DNA of 51,456 bases, filler included, from Jimgerdemannia flammicorona (lineage: Eukaryota): the NCBI GenBank assembly GCA_003990765.1. It is 2 parts of 2 records of this genome, joined end to end, with 100 filler letters (N's around TTAATTAATTAA, not from the genome) between each part and the next. Parts side by side here need not be neighbours in the genome. Positions count along the whole stretch, not along the records: positions 25,787 to 51,456 come from RBNJ01000805.1; 1 more part is not named here. The stretch is one strand, 5' to 3'. Position 1 is the stretch's first letter. Each line of letters opens with the position of its first letter. This document shows, in pieces, positions 35,426-45,950 of the stretch. The notes beneath the pieces were generated by a model. That model did no database searches. It was not told the origin of the DNA and saw only the letters and a program-made list of their open reading frames with translations. The translations under genes were made by a program, and so were the position numbers.

Positions 35426-37455
35426 ATGGCGACCAATGAGCATCCAGAGGTGCGTACTGGGCAGGGTGGCCCTGGAGCGTTTGAATGGCAGCAAGTGGGG
35501 AGAGGCCCCGGCTTGGGGGGAAGTATGAGGGGCCTGCTGGTGGGAGACCATGGTGATGGAAGGGGTGGAGCTGGGGGGCAAGGGTCTGGCAGAGTGAGCT
35601 TTGCGGAGAAGGTGAAGAGGGGTTGGCAAGGAGCTGGACTGGAGAGCTGGCTGAGAGGGGGGAAGGTACCAGTAGTGACTACCAGGCAGCAACCTCTTGG
35701 GGGTACCTCTCTGGAGGGCTATAGGGGTGGAGCTGGGGGGGTAGCACCTGGGGCGGAGACTGCTGATGGGGGTGTGACGGGCAATCTGGAAAACAATCTA
35801 GATGGGACTGCTGATGGTGAGCTGAGTGGTGGGAAGGGCATGAGGCCCAGGGACCTGGCAGATGGTGTAACAGGACTGGTGGTGGCTCTGTTACTCAAGA
35901 AATCAATCTCGGTGTTTGCAGTCACACTGTGCTTCAGGGGCTTGGCAGTGACAGTGAAAATAGTGTTGGGGCTTATCACTAAGCAGGTGGCAGGAGCAGC
36001 TTCGGTGAAGTTTCTGAAAGGACTGGAGGGAGTGAAGGTGGGTTTTGAGGAGGTTGAACCGCTGGAGGAGGTACTGAAAGTTGAGTTGGTGGTTGGGGAG
36101 GAGTGCATTCTGATGGCGAGGTGTTTGAAATAGGATCTGAGGGTGGTCCAATTGTTGGTAAAAGGAGTACCCACAGTGACAGCGATGGAGACAAGGAAGA
36201 GAGTGGAGGATTTCATGGCGGAGTACGGTGAGGTGGTGGATATCAGATTCCGGGTCTGGGAAGGGACCACTCTCAGGACTGGAGATGTGGACGTGAGGAT
36301 TCGGCTGGCTGGGAAAGAGGCTACTGGGAAGGCGTGGGACTGGTCTTCGGTGATGGTGTGGGGAGCTTTCCTGTGTAAGGTGACATGGGTGAAAGGAAGT
36401 GAAGAAGAGGAGGAAGATTTATTGGAGGCGCTGAAAGAACTGGATGGGGCTGTGGAGTGGCAAGCTAAGGCCTGGAAGACTTTCGAGGAGTTGACGCACC
36501 TGGAGGTGGTGGATGGCAAGAGGATTCAAGTGGACAAGGTGCAGTGAGAAAGGGCTCAGGGGCGGAAGAGGCAGAAGAATTTGCTGGCTAAACTGGGGGG
36601 TGGACTACAGAAGGAGACGAGCATGAAGTTGGGTGCAGAAGGGGCCAGGGCGAGTGTCTGGGCTGGTAAGAGAAGTGGGAACGATGGGACAGAGACAGGG
36701 AAGGCAACAGAGATGAGGATTAGCGACCCATATGCTGATGACACCTTGGAGGTGTGGGATGAAGTCTGGGAGAATTCCCCCTCCCCCTCCTCTCTTATCA
36801 GACGTGGCCCGGCTTCCAGGAATAAGTCTGGGGAGGATGTGACGATGCTGGGGACCCAGCAGGTGAAATTTGGCATTCCAGAGGTGATGAGTGGGGACCA
36901 AGTAGTGGCGGCCGGGGAGGAGGAACTGGTGGATGTCCCGGAGGTGTGGGATGAGGACACGAGTGCTGGAGCTGACACCATGATGCTGGATGGAGGGAGG
37001 CCGGCGACCCCTGGCAGAAAGGAGGTGGGGAACCTACTTTGGATGTGCTGGATGATGAATAACCTGGCAGCGGAAGAGCTGGGGGAGGTGGATTTGCGTG
37101 AGATGGGTGACAAGCACTGGACACGAATTCTGCAGGGGGAAGGAGTGGCAATGGCGCTGAAGGTGGAGATTCTCGCAGTATATCTGGAGGAGGAAGGGTA
37201 TGAGGTGGACAAGGAGCAGGAGGCAGAGTTGGTGGTTGTCACTGGGGAGAAGGCTGAGTACTGTTGGAACAGGCATCATGGGTTGCAGCTTTGGCAGGAG
37301 GCTTGCATTGAGTACCAAGAGGAGTTTAAGGAGAAGGCTGATGAGGGATGAATGAGCTGTTGGCTGGATTGGAGGCTCAGAGGGCTGAAGAGGAGGAGGT
37401 GATGGCTGAACATAATCTGGACATGGCACAGGAGAGGATGGGCATGGAGCAGTAG
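35426..37455 (+). pseudogene. LINE B ORF1
   Basis: ATG at 35426; ORFs 35372-36133, 36143-36547 and 36581-37351 are in one frame separated by stops; 1-bp deletion near 37347 relative to copy D. Confidence 0.9.
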
Positions 37456-37485
37456 GGATTGATTGTGAACAAACAGTATTTTATT

Positions 37486-40400
37486 ATGAACAGTACAACT
37501 AATATTTTTTCTTTGAACGTAAATGGGCTAAGGGGCGCCGTTAGATGCAGGAACATTTTTATTTGGTTGAAGGGATTGGAGGCCGATCTCTTCCTCTTGC
37601 AGGATGTCAGGTGTGAGGATGACTCTGATAGGATGGAATGGACAAAGGAATGGGGTGGAGTGACGATTTGGAATGGCAAGGTCGGGATTCTGGTTAGGAA
37701 AGGCAGAGGGGAGATACAGGATGTGAGGAGATGGGAGGAGAGACTGGTCTGGGGGGAGTGGATTGATGCCAGTTGGGAGCCAGTCACAGTTGACTCCTGT
37801 TACTGCTCTGCTGTGTGGGGGGAGTGGGTGGATTGGGTGAAAGGGCTCCTGGAGAGCGGGATCCTTGCTGAAGCTGGGTTGGATATGCTTAGTGGAGATT
37901 TCAATATGGTTAGGGATATACAGCTGGATAGAACTGATGGAGGACGGGGTGCTGAGAGCAGGAGTGGGGGGCTGATAATGTGGGAGGAGGTCAAAAGGCT
38001 AGAAGCGCTGGTGGATGCTGGTAGGGAGTGCTGGGGGGACAGGAGGTATATATGCATTGGGCTGGAGGGCTGGGGACAAGGATTGACTGGATTCTGACAG
38101 CTGAATATTGGGGCCGCAATATTTGGAAGGTACTAGAGGTGGAATAGTGTCCGTGGTCAGATCACTGGGGCCTTTTGGGACAGGGGTGTTTTGGGGGAAG
38201 TGGGGATGGGCCTGGACATTGGCACCTAAATTCCTCTTTGTTGGATGGTGAGTCTAGGTGGGAGGAGTGGGTAAAAGACATTCAGCTGAAGGTGGAGAAT
38301 TGGCAGCAGGAAGGGGCCACAATTGGGGTCTGGTGGATGAGTATGAAAGAGATGGCCAGGCTATACTGGAGCAAGGCTGGTGGAGTGGCTGGGAAGCAAT
38401 GAAGGTGGAAAGTGCATTGGGCTTCTACTAGATTGGCTAGGCTCCTGGAGGAGTGGGTGAGACTGGCAGTAGTGGAGAGAGAAGAGGATTGGAGAACATT
38501 GAGGGTGAAGATGGAGGTTGGGGAGCTACAACAAGTGCTGCGGGAAGAGGAAGAGCTAAGGATACAGGGCCTGGTGGCACAGCTGTGTTGGCAGGGGCTG
38601 GAGGAAGGGGAGAGGCCTTCCAAGTTTCTCACAAGAATACTTCGAGCGAGAAGGGTTCAGCAGCAGTGGGAAGGGGTACTGGACTCGGAGGGTATACTAG
38701 TGCATGGTGTACAGGATATCCTTGGAATGCTGAAGGTGCGGTGGAGTGGATTATGGAGTGAGGAGGAGGGTGGGGTGGATGCTACAGCCATTGAACAAAT
38801 GTTAGAAGATTAGCACCCACCACAAGCTGAGAGAGTAGGTGACCTGATGTTGCCTGTAACAGAGGACAAGATCCACCAGGTTCTTGCCGCGACAACCTTG
38901 GGTATAGCGCCTGGAGAGGATAGCCTACCCTGGGACTTCTGGAAGCGAATGGTTGGAGTCCCGGGCATGTTGGGGGAGTTGACAGCTCTGTGTGACTATA
39001 TATTGCAGTCAGGTGGATGGGAGGGGGAGCAGGATCTTGGGCTGGTGACGCTGCTTTATAAGAACAAAGGTAGGTGAGAGGATTGGAAGAATTGGTGGCC
39101 GATCATGCTGCTAGACATGGACAGAAAGTTGGTGACTAAGGTGGTGGTTGCGAGGCTACAGAAGGTCACCCAGTAAATTGTGGGTGCTGAGCAGAGGGGC
39201 TTCATAGGGGGTTGGCTTATTAGAGATGGCATGGCCTGGGTACATGGAGTTATTGAAGGTGCTCGAGCCTGTGGACTGGATGGGCATCTTGTCTTCATGG
39301 ACCAGGAGAAGGATTATGACCGGGTGCGGTGAGTTTGGCTGGCAAAAGTATTAGATAAAATTGGGGTTCTGGTTACATTTCAGTTGGTGATGGTAGGCCT
39401 ACTGGAAAGGAGTAGGGCTGCACTTGTGTGTAATGGGTATCAAGGGGTAGCATTCCCTCTGGGTAGGGGAGTGCCCCAGAGGGACCCACTGTCCCCCATT
39501 TTGTATGTTCTTTCTTTGGAACCACTAATGGACAGGATTCGGCGGAGGATAGTGAGGCTCTCTATCTATGGAGTTGGCTGGAAAGTTGGAGCCTTTGCAG
39601 ATGACATGGTGGTTGGTTTGGGAGTGACTGCTGATGTCGAGGAGCTCAAGAAGACAGTGGAGTGGTATGAGGAGAACTCGGGGGCGAAGCTGAATTGGCA
39701 CAAGTACGAAACAATGGTACTGGGCAATGGCCTGGTGGGCAGGGAGGTTATTGGAACAATTGTCCCCAGTGGGGAGGCAGTGCGGTACTTGGGCATCTAC
39801 TTGTCAGTTTATGGGTCTGTTCTGCCCAGACTGTGGTGGGAGCAGAGGATTGGAGTTTGGGAGGAGGATCTGTGGAGTTGGGGGGGAAGACACTTCTCTC
39901 TGACAGGAAGGATCTCGATTTGAATGTATACTGGCTGCCGAAGCTGTGGTATTTGGCTTATCATCTGGACTTCCCAGCCTGGGTGGTGAAGTGATTGGTG
40001 AAGGTGGCCAAAGGATGGATTTGGGCTGGCAGACGGAGTCAAATTGGTTGGGAGACTTTGTCCCTACCAGTGGCGAGAGGTGGTCTTGGGCTGGTGGACT
40101 TCCCCAAAAGACTACACTGCTTGAGGGCATGGTGGCTTAAGAGGGTGGTGGAGCTGCGTGGAGGGGGCTGGGTTCCCCTGCTGCAGATGGTCTGGGAGAG
40201 GCAGTCATCACCAAGAGGCTCGACGGGCAATCTTCTTTCATTAGTTGGGCTTCAGAACACTGCCCAACTGAGATATAGAGGCTTCTGGTGGGGGATAGCC
40301 AAGGGGGCACACTGCATTGGTATTCGCTGGTGAGGGGATGAGGGGGAGAGGGCTTGGGGCCCAGCGATGTGGAGATGGGATGGCATTCTTCTGGGAGGGG

Positions 40401-41140
40401 TGCCGTTACTTGAGTTCAACATTGGTGATGGAATCAAATGCCAGAGGGGACCGGGCCAGGATCTGTGGCATAGTGGTTGATAAGGAGTTGGAATTGGTGA
40501 GGAGTGGGACTGGCATGGGGTTTGGACCTGGAGTGCTGCAGTGAAAAATTGGATGCTGCTGAAGTACTGGGTGGTTTGGTGGCACATGCTGAGGAGGAAT
40601 ATAATGCTTAACTTCCACTCTGGACACCTTGTCATAGGGGGCTGTTTTGACTGTGAGGAGTGCCATAATGTAGGGCAGAAAGGGGGATTTGTACAGATGC
40701 CAGAACATTGGCTAGGGGAGTGTGAGGTGTTGGGAGACTTTTGGCAGGCCATTGGGGACTGCTTGGAGGTGAGGTGTAGAGGAGACAATGTACGGGGGAG
40801 GTGGGAGGACCTGAGGGATCAATTGGTAGGGGGGGTAGGGGAGGAGTGGATTACTTTAGGCTGGGCATTGGCTATTTGGGTTGGGCTGGCCAGTCATTGG
40901 CTTTTTGTATTTAAGGAGGAGAGGTGACAGAGCTTGGGGAGCAGGGTATCATGGTGGCAGTGTCTTATGGAGGATACCTTGACAGGCTGGTGGCTTGGTT
41001 GGGGGCTGCAGGGGGGTCAGAGGCGCTGCTTGGTGGTGAAAATCTGTGGTCAGAGTGGTGGGAGAGTTGGAGTTGTTGGTGAGAGGGTGATCTTTATACG
41101 TGGAGAGGTGGGGAGGGGCCCCCCAATGGGGATCGGATAG
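37486..41140 (+). pseudogene. LINE B ORF2 (APE-RT-Cys/His motif)
   Basis: SLNVNGL, LQDV, GDFN, SDH; GVPQRDPLSPILY, GAFADD, YLG; CEEC...EHWLGEC. Confidence 0.93.
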
Positions 41141-41814
41141 TGGGGGTGATATTGTATAATTATTCATAGACTGGTAATAAAGATGGAGTCCAAGGGACTA
41201 TAAAAAAAAAAAAAAAAAAAAAAAGAAGTAACCAAATTAGTATTTATCATAGTAGATAGCACAAGAGCCACATCTCTGAGAAAGATCCAAGATATTCCCA
41301 TTAAGTTTGGAAGAGTAACTATTCCAGTAGATATGATTATAACTAATGCTACCAACTATGTCATCCTCATCAGTAGCCAGTGGCATTATAAAGTCAGAGC
41401 AATAATTGACCTTAATGTCTAGAAGATACAAATTATTTACTGAGATCAGAAGATACAAATTCCCATCAATTTCAATAAAAGAGTGCTGTCTGAGATAGAG
41501 AAAGAAGAAAGTAAGCAAGAAGAAACCTATATAGTGACTATTCAAAAAAAGAAAAAGAAAGTCAGATGGATCAGTAAAGAAGAATAGTATAAAAGGATCA
41601 TTAAAGGATATGTACCACAAGGAGTCTGTCCTCACAGAATCAAGATGTACTATATGAAACATATTGATGATTGCTATCAGTACATCAGTGGAATCAAGAA
41701 AATCTACTATAAAAAAGACAGAAAAGTCTCAAGAAACAAGCAAGATAAGAAAAGGAGAAGGAAGAGGATGACAAACCACCAGCTCTCCTAGAGGACAGTG
41801 ATGATGAAGAAGAA

Positions 41815-42225
41815 ATCAAGATCAAGATTGGGAAAATCCACTCCGATGCAGTTCTACCAGAATATAAGTCAGAGAATATAGCTAGAATAGATATTACCAC
41901 AGTAGAGAAAACTGAACTGGAGCCCCAGACAACTACTCTACTTATATCTAGTCTGGAGATGACTATTCTAAAAGACTATATCAGAATTCTCAAGACAAGA
42001 AGCAGCCTAGCCAAGAGTGAGATTATTATCAAAAGAGAAGTTATCAATTCAGACTATATTGGAGAAATACTACTTTTACTAGAAACTACAACTCTATAAT
42101 TCCATTTCCAATTAAGAAGAAAGACTGATTGATACAGATATTGATCTTCCCAGTTCTTTAGCCAAAGATCATAGAAGTCAAGAAGTTGGAGGAAATGGAA
42201 AGAGGAAGTATTCACCAGTACCAAG
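41815..42225 (+). pseudogene. dUTPase domain within the Gypsy pol, between protease and RT
   Basis: KIHSDAVLPEYKSENIARIDI (motif 1, AGxD), TRSSLAK (motif 2), REVINSDYIGEI (motif 3, GVIDSDYxGE), and after a frameshift KD*LIQILI (motif 4, GDRxAQ) and EEMERGS..FTST (motif 5). Confidence 0.85.
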
Positions 42226-42329
42226 ATTATAGAACTAGACCATAAGAAGGAGAAAACTACAAATAAGTATAGCTATATCTTGGAAATGAATTTCTACTCA
42301 AGAAGGAACTCAAGAAGATACTGTATGTA

Positions 42330-43605
42330 TTTGACAATATCCTAGCCACAGACTTCAAGAATATCAAGAAAAAGACTCCACACTACTATTATAATATAGA
42401 CATAGAAGATATCAAACCTATCTACCAAAAAGTAAGACCAATTCCACCAGTCTATCATGAATAGCTCAGAGAAGAAATCAAGCAGATGGAAGAAGCTAGT
42501 ATTATTAAAGAAACCAGTAGCCCTTGGGCTTCACCAGTTATATTAGCTCTAAAGAAAGGAAGTGAATTAGGAGAATTTACCCTGAGGCTCTATACTAATT
42601 ATAGGAAGCTCAATCTGGTCAAAAAGAAGAATTACCAACTACTGCCCCTCATCAGTGACTTCCTTATAACTCTGGGAGATAAAGCACAGTATTACAGTAT
42701 CTTGGATTTATACTCAGAATTCTACCAGATTGATCTTACTAAAGCAGTAAGTGAAAAATCAGTCTTCATTACCTCAGACAGAACTTATATCTATCTGCAA
42801 ATACTATTAGAAATATATAATGTACTAGCAAGCTTTCAGTAAATGATGAACAAAATTTTCTGCAATGATATGAGAAGATAGATGATGGAGAAGCTAAGGA
42901 AGTATAGTCTTTATATCAAGTAAGTTTGCAGAAATTAAGATCTCCTACCTTGATCACATTATTAACTGAGATAGAATACATACAGACTCTCTCAAGATTT
43001 AAGTAGTAATAGCATACTCAAGGTCCACCACTGTCACTGAAGTCCAAGCCTTCATGAGATTTGCCTCATATTATTATAGATTTATCAGAGAATTCTCTAA
43101 CATCACAGAACTAATTTATAAACTCAATAAGAAGAATATTAAGTTTCAATTGACTGGTAGGCAACAAAACGTATTTGATGAAGTCAAGATCAGACTGACC
43201 CAAGCACCTATCCTCAGAGGACCTGATTGGACTCAAGAATTCATCCTGCAGACAGATATAAGTACACAGGGACTAGGAGCAGTTCTGGTATAGAAAAAAG
43301 ACAAAGTAGTGTATATCATTATATATCTCAGCTGAGGGATCTGAGGAGCTGAAAAAGAATATGAATCCTATAAGTTGGAATGTCTCATAGTCATCTGGGC
43401 TATAGAAAAGTTCCACTACTACCTTACCAGAAGACACTTTATCATCCAGACAGACTATTCAGCCCTCATCTGACTACTGACCACTGGGCAATCGAAAGGA
43501 ATCTATGTCAGATGGATTATGAAGTTGCAAGCTTATAACATAACCATCATACACTATCCTGGAAGAATCAATATCAATACAGATACCCTCTTACAGATAC
43601 TCTGA
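42330..43605 (+). pseudogene. Gypsy reverse transcriptase + RNase H relic; YxDD region apparently deleted
   Basis: KPIYQKVRPIPP..EEIKQMEEASIIKETSSPWASPV; FMRFASYYYRFIREFS; FILQTDISTQGLGAVL; KLECLIVIWAIEKFHYYL; IQTDYSAL. Confidence 0.88.
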
Positions 43606-43705
43606 AAGACCCTCAACTAGTAAATTAATTATGAATAAGGAACTCTACTATAGATTTATCACCTACCTGGGACAGTGAAAGATGCCACAATATCTAGAAG
43701 AATAG

Positions 43706-44439
43706 TGTAACAAATCAAAACATACTACCTGAATTATAACTTATCCAGATGATGCAAACAATTAGCATATGTAACTAGATGATGTGGGTTCTAGTGTATC
43801 ATAGTTACTCATGCCCACCACACTTATAATTAGCCAGACATACCAGATAGGATCTGTTTACCTGTACAGGTCCTGTACACTGTACAGACTCTGTACACCT
43901 GCTATAAGTAGCAGATCTATAGTTAGCCACATAGTAACCAGATAGCAACCAACTTGTATAAATTACTCCAGAGACAAGAGTAAATAAACCTCAGGCTAAA
44001 ATATAAACCAAAGAAACCTCTAAAGATTGAGCATTGGTCCCCTTTTCACTCCAGTCCACTTTCTGATACAAAGCTTGAAGATTTTGCCACCAAGTTTGAG
44101 TGAAGAACTTTGCCACCTTTGGAATTATTGGTATGCTTGCCAGACTAAGCCTGAAGAATCTGCCACTTAAGGAATAAGCTGCGCTATTGGTACACTTACT
44201 AGACTAAACCTGAAGAATCTGAGTTTGCTGCCAAAAGTTCTAGGAAGAACTTTACTGCCATTTTCAAGAAGTCTGTCAATTCCGGAGGATCTGTGTCATC
44301 TACTATTTCCAAGTTATTCACTGCATTCCCAGAAAGCCATCTTGCTCAAGCCAGTTTCTGACACAACTTTGCAGTGATTCATTTGTACAAATGAAGTCAG
44401 TCTTTGACACAACTTTACTAAGAGACCCTTTCCCATGAC
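43706..44439 (+). mobile_element. Second LTR inserted downstream of the Gypsy RNase H, itself interrupted by LINE C
   Basis: Starts TGTAACA; ACTTGTATAAAT...GAGTAAATAAACCTCAG core resembles 33541-33583 but the flanks differ; short internal repeats (AGACTAARCCTGAAGAATCTG twice). Confidence 0.62.
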
Positions 44440-45871
44440 CTTTCACCAGTAACATTCAGGTGACACAAGACTCAGACAATACTTTTTACAATGTTTTTAG
44501 TGATAGACAACTATCGACATGGATGGCAATAATCAAACTGGTGAGCATACTGGCCAAGAGAGCAGTGGTGCCTTTGGTTGACAGCAAGTGGGGAGGAGGG
44601 GAGATGGTGTGGGGATGCCAGGGGCCTTGATGGCTGGCTGAGGTTCTGGTGGTGGAGGGAGGGGTGGCCTGAGGCAGCAAGGAGGGGAGAGGTCAACCTT
44701 TGCTGACAAGGTCAAGATGGGGAGAATGGCCTCTGGACTGGATGGTTGGCTGGGCCTGGGGAAGGTGTTGATGGCTACTGCTGGGGGACAGAGAGGAGTG
44801 CCCAGGGGAGTGTCCGGTGGTAGGGGAGGGGGGGGAGTAGGGGCTGGAGATGTGACTGTTGATGGGGCTGTGACTGGGGATCTGGAAAAAAATCCAGATG
44901 TGACAGTGGTTGCTGGTTTGGGACCGGAGGGGGGCACAAGGCCTGGGGACCTCACGGATGGGGTGATGGGCATAGTGTCAGCACTGTTACTCAAGAAATC
45001 AAGGTCAGAATTCACCATCACAATGTGTTTCAGGGGCTTGGCAGTGACTGTGAGGATGATCTTGGGGCTGGTAGTGCAGGAGGTGAAAGGGGCAGCATCA
45101 GTGAAGTTTTTGAAGGGGAAAGAAGGGGTCGAGGTGTGGTTTGAGGAAGAAGAGGCATTGCTGACTGCCATGGAGAAGGGGGTGACAGTGGGCGGGGTTG
45201 TGGTCCCTATGGCAAGGTGCATGCACTGGGACCCCTGAGTGGTGTAGTTGATGGTGTTGGATCTTCCTACAGTATCACAGGAGAGTGCTAGGGAGTTGAT
45301 TGTGGAGGCAGTCAAGGAGTATGGAGAGATAGTGGATGTCGGGTTCAAGGTCTGGGAGGGTATAGAGCTCTGGACTAGTAATATTGATGTCTGGGTGAGG
45401 CTGGCTGGTAAGGAGAACATGGAGAAGACAAGGGACTGGCCAGTGACTCTGAAGTGAGGACTGGTGGAGTGCAAGGTCACAAGGGTGAAGGGGACTCAGG
45501 AAGAGGAGGAAGACTTGCTTGAAGCTCTGGAGGATCTGGAAGGAGTGGTCGAGAGGAGGAGATTGGCTTGAAAGGAGTATGAGGTCAGGACAGTGGTGGA
45601 AGAAGTCGATGGGAAGAGAGTTAGGACGGATCAGGTGGTCTGGGGGAAGATGCAGGAGAGGAAAATCCAGAAGAAGCTGCTGGTGAAGTTGGGCAGCAGT
45701 GGGGCAAGCAGCAGTACAGAGGATGGGAAAGCAGGATTGCAGGAGAGTGCCTGGATGGGGGGGAGCAGGAGGACCCAAGGTGGGGCACAGGATGGATTGA
45801 GAGAGGAGAGGGTTGGCAGTGTGGAGGCAGATATGGAAATGAGCAAAGGTGTATACTCTCATTACTCAGCC
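44440..45871 (+). mobile_element. LINE copy C (divergent subfamily): 5' UTR and partial ORF1, interrupted by copy D
   Basis: 5' motif CTTTCACCAGTAACATTCAGGT; ORF1 homology DLTDGVMGIVSALLLKKS..GAASVKFLKG..EYGEIVDVGF; breaks off at the 5' end of D. Confidence 0.88.
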
Positions 45872-45950
45872 CTTTCTCCAGTAACATTCAGGTTATACAA
45901 TCCTTTGGCAACACTTTCAACATGGTTTCTGGAGAAAAGCTACTAGTATT

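Larger units (their letters stand above)
35347..41224 (+). mobile_element. Full-length LINE (L1/Tx1-like), copy B, with TSD and poly-A
   Basis: TSD AAGAAGTAACCAAATTAG(C/T)AT at 35326-35346 and 41223-41243; AATAAA at 41176; poly-A 41202-41224; ORF1 and ORF2 with multiple stops. Confidence 0.97.
35250..41430 (+). pseudogene. Gypsy aspartic protease split by LINE B (halves ~35250-35346 and ~41223-41430)
   Basis: EAIINTRVGECLLSKKAVDCLDWEVEEVTKLA then, after the LINE, EVTKLVFIIVDSTRATSLRKIQDIPIKFGRVTIPVDMII..YVILISSQW. NTR is DTG after two G>A changes. Confidence 0.82.
33020..43705 (+). mobile_element. Degenerate Ty3/Gypsy LTR retrotransposon (5' LTR to 33760, PBS, gag, PR, dUTPase, RT, RNase H), split by LINE B; left boundary approximate
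   Basis: LTR with TATAAAT/AATAAA ending TTACA, then ACTTGGTG; gag with CYICGEEGHYSYKY; PR EAIINTRVGECLLS; RT SSPWASPVIL..LRLYTNYRKLN..LDLYSEFYQI; RNase H APILRGPDWTQEFILQTDISTQGLGAVL. The PR-RT-RH order is Gypsy-type. Confidence 0.9.

Noticed and set aside
35426..41140. Stop-codon reassignment to explain in-frame TGA/TAG
   Set aside because: The stops align with Arg, Trp or Gln in sister copies, mostly differ between copies, and come with frameshifts; this is decay.
43706..44439. The 3' LTR of the Gypsy at 33020-43705
   Set aside because: No integrase core or polypurine tract precedes it, and similarity to the 5' LTR is limited to the TATA/poly-A core.
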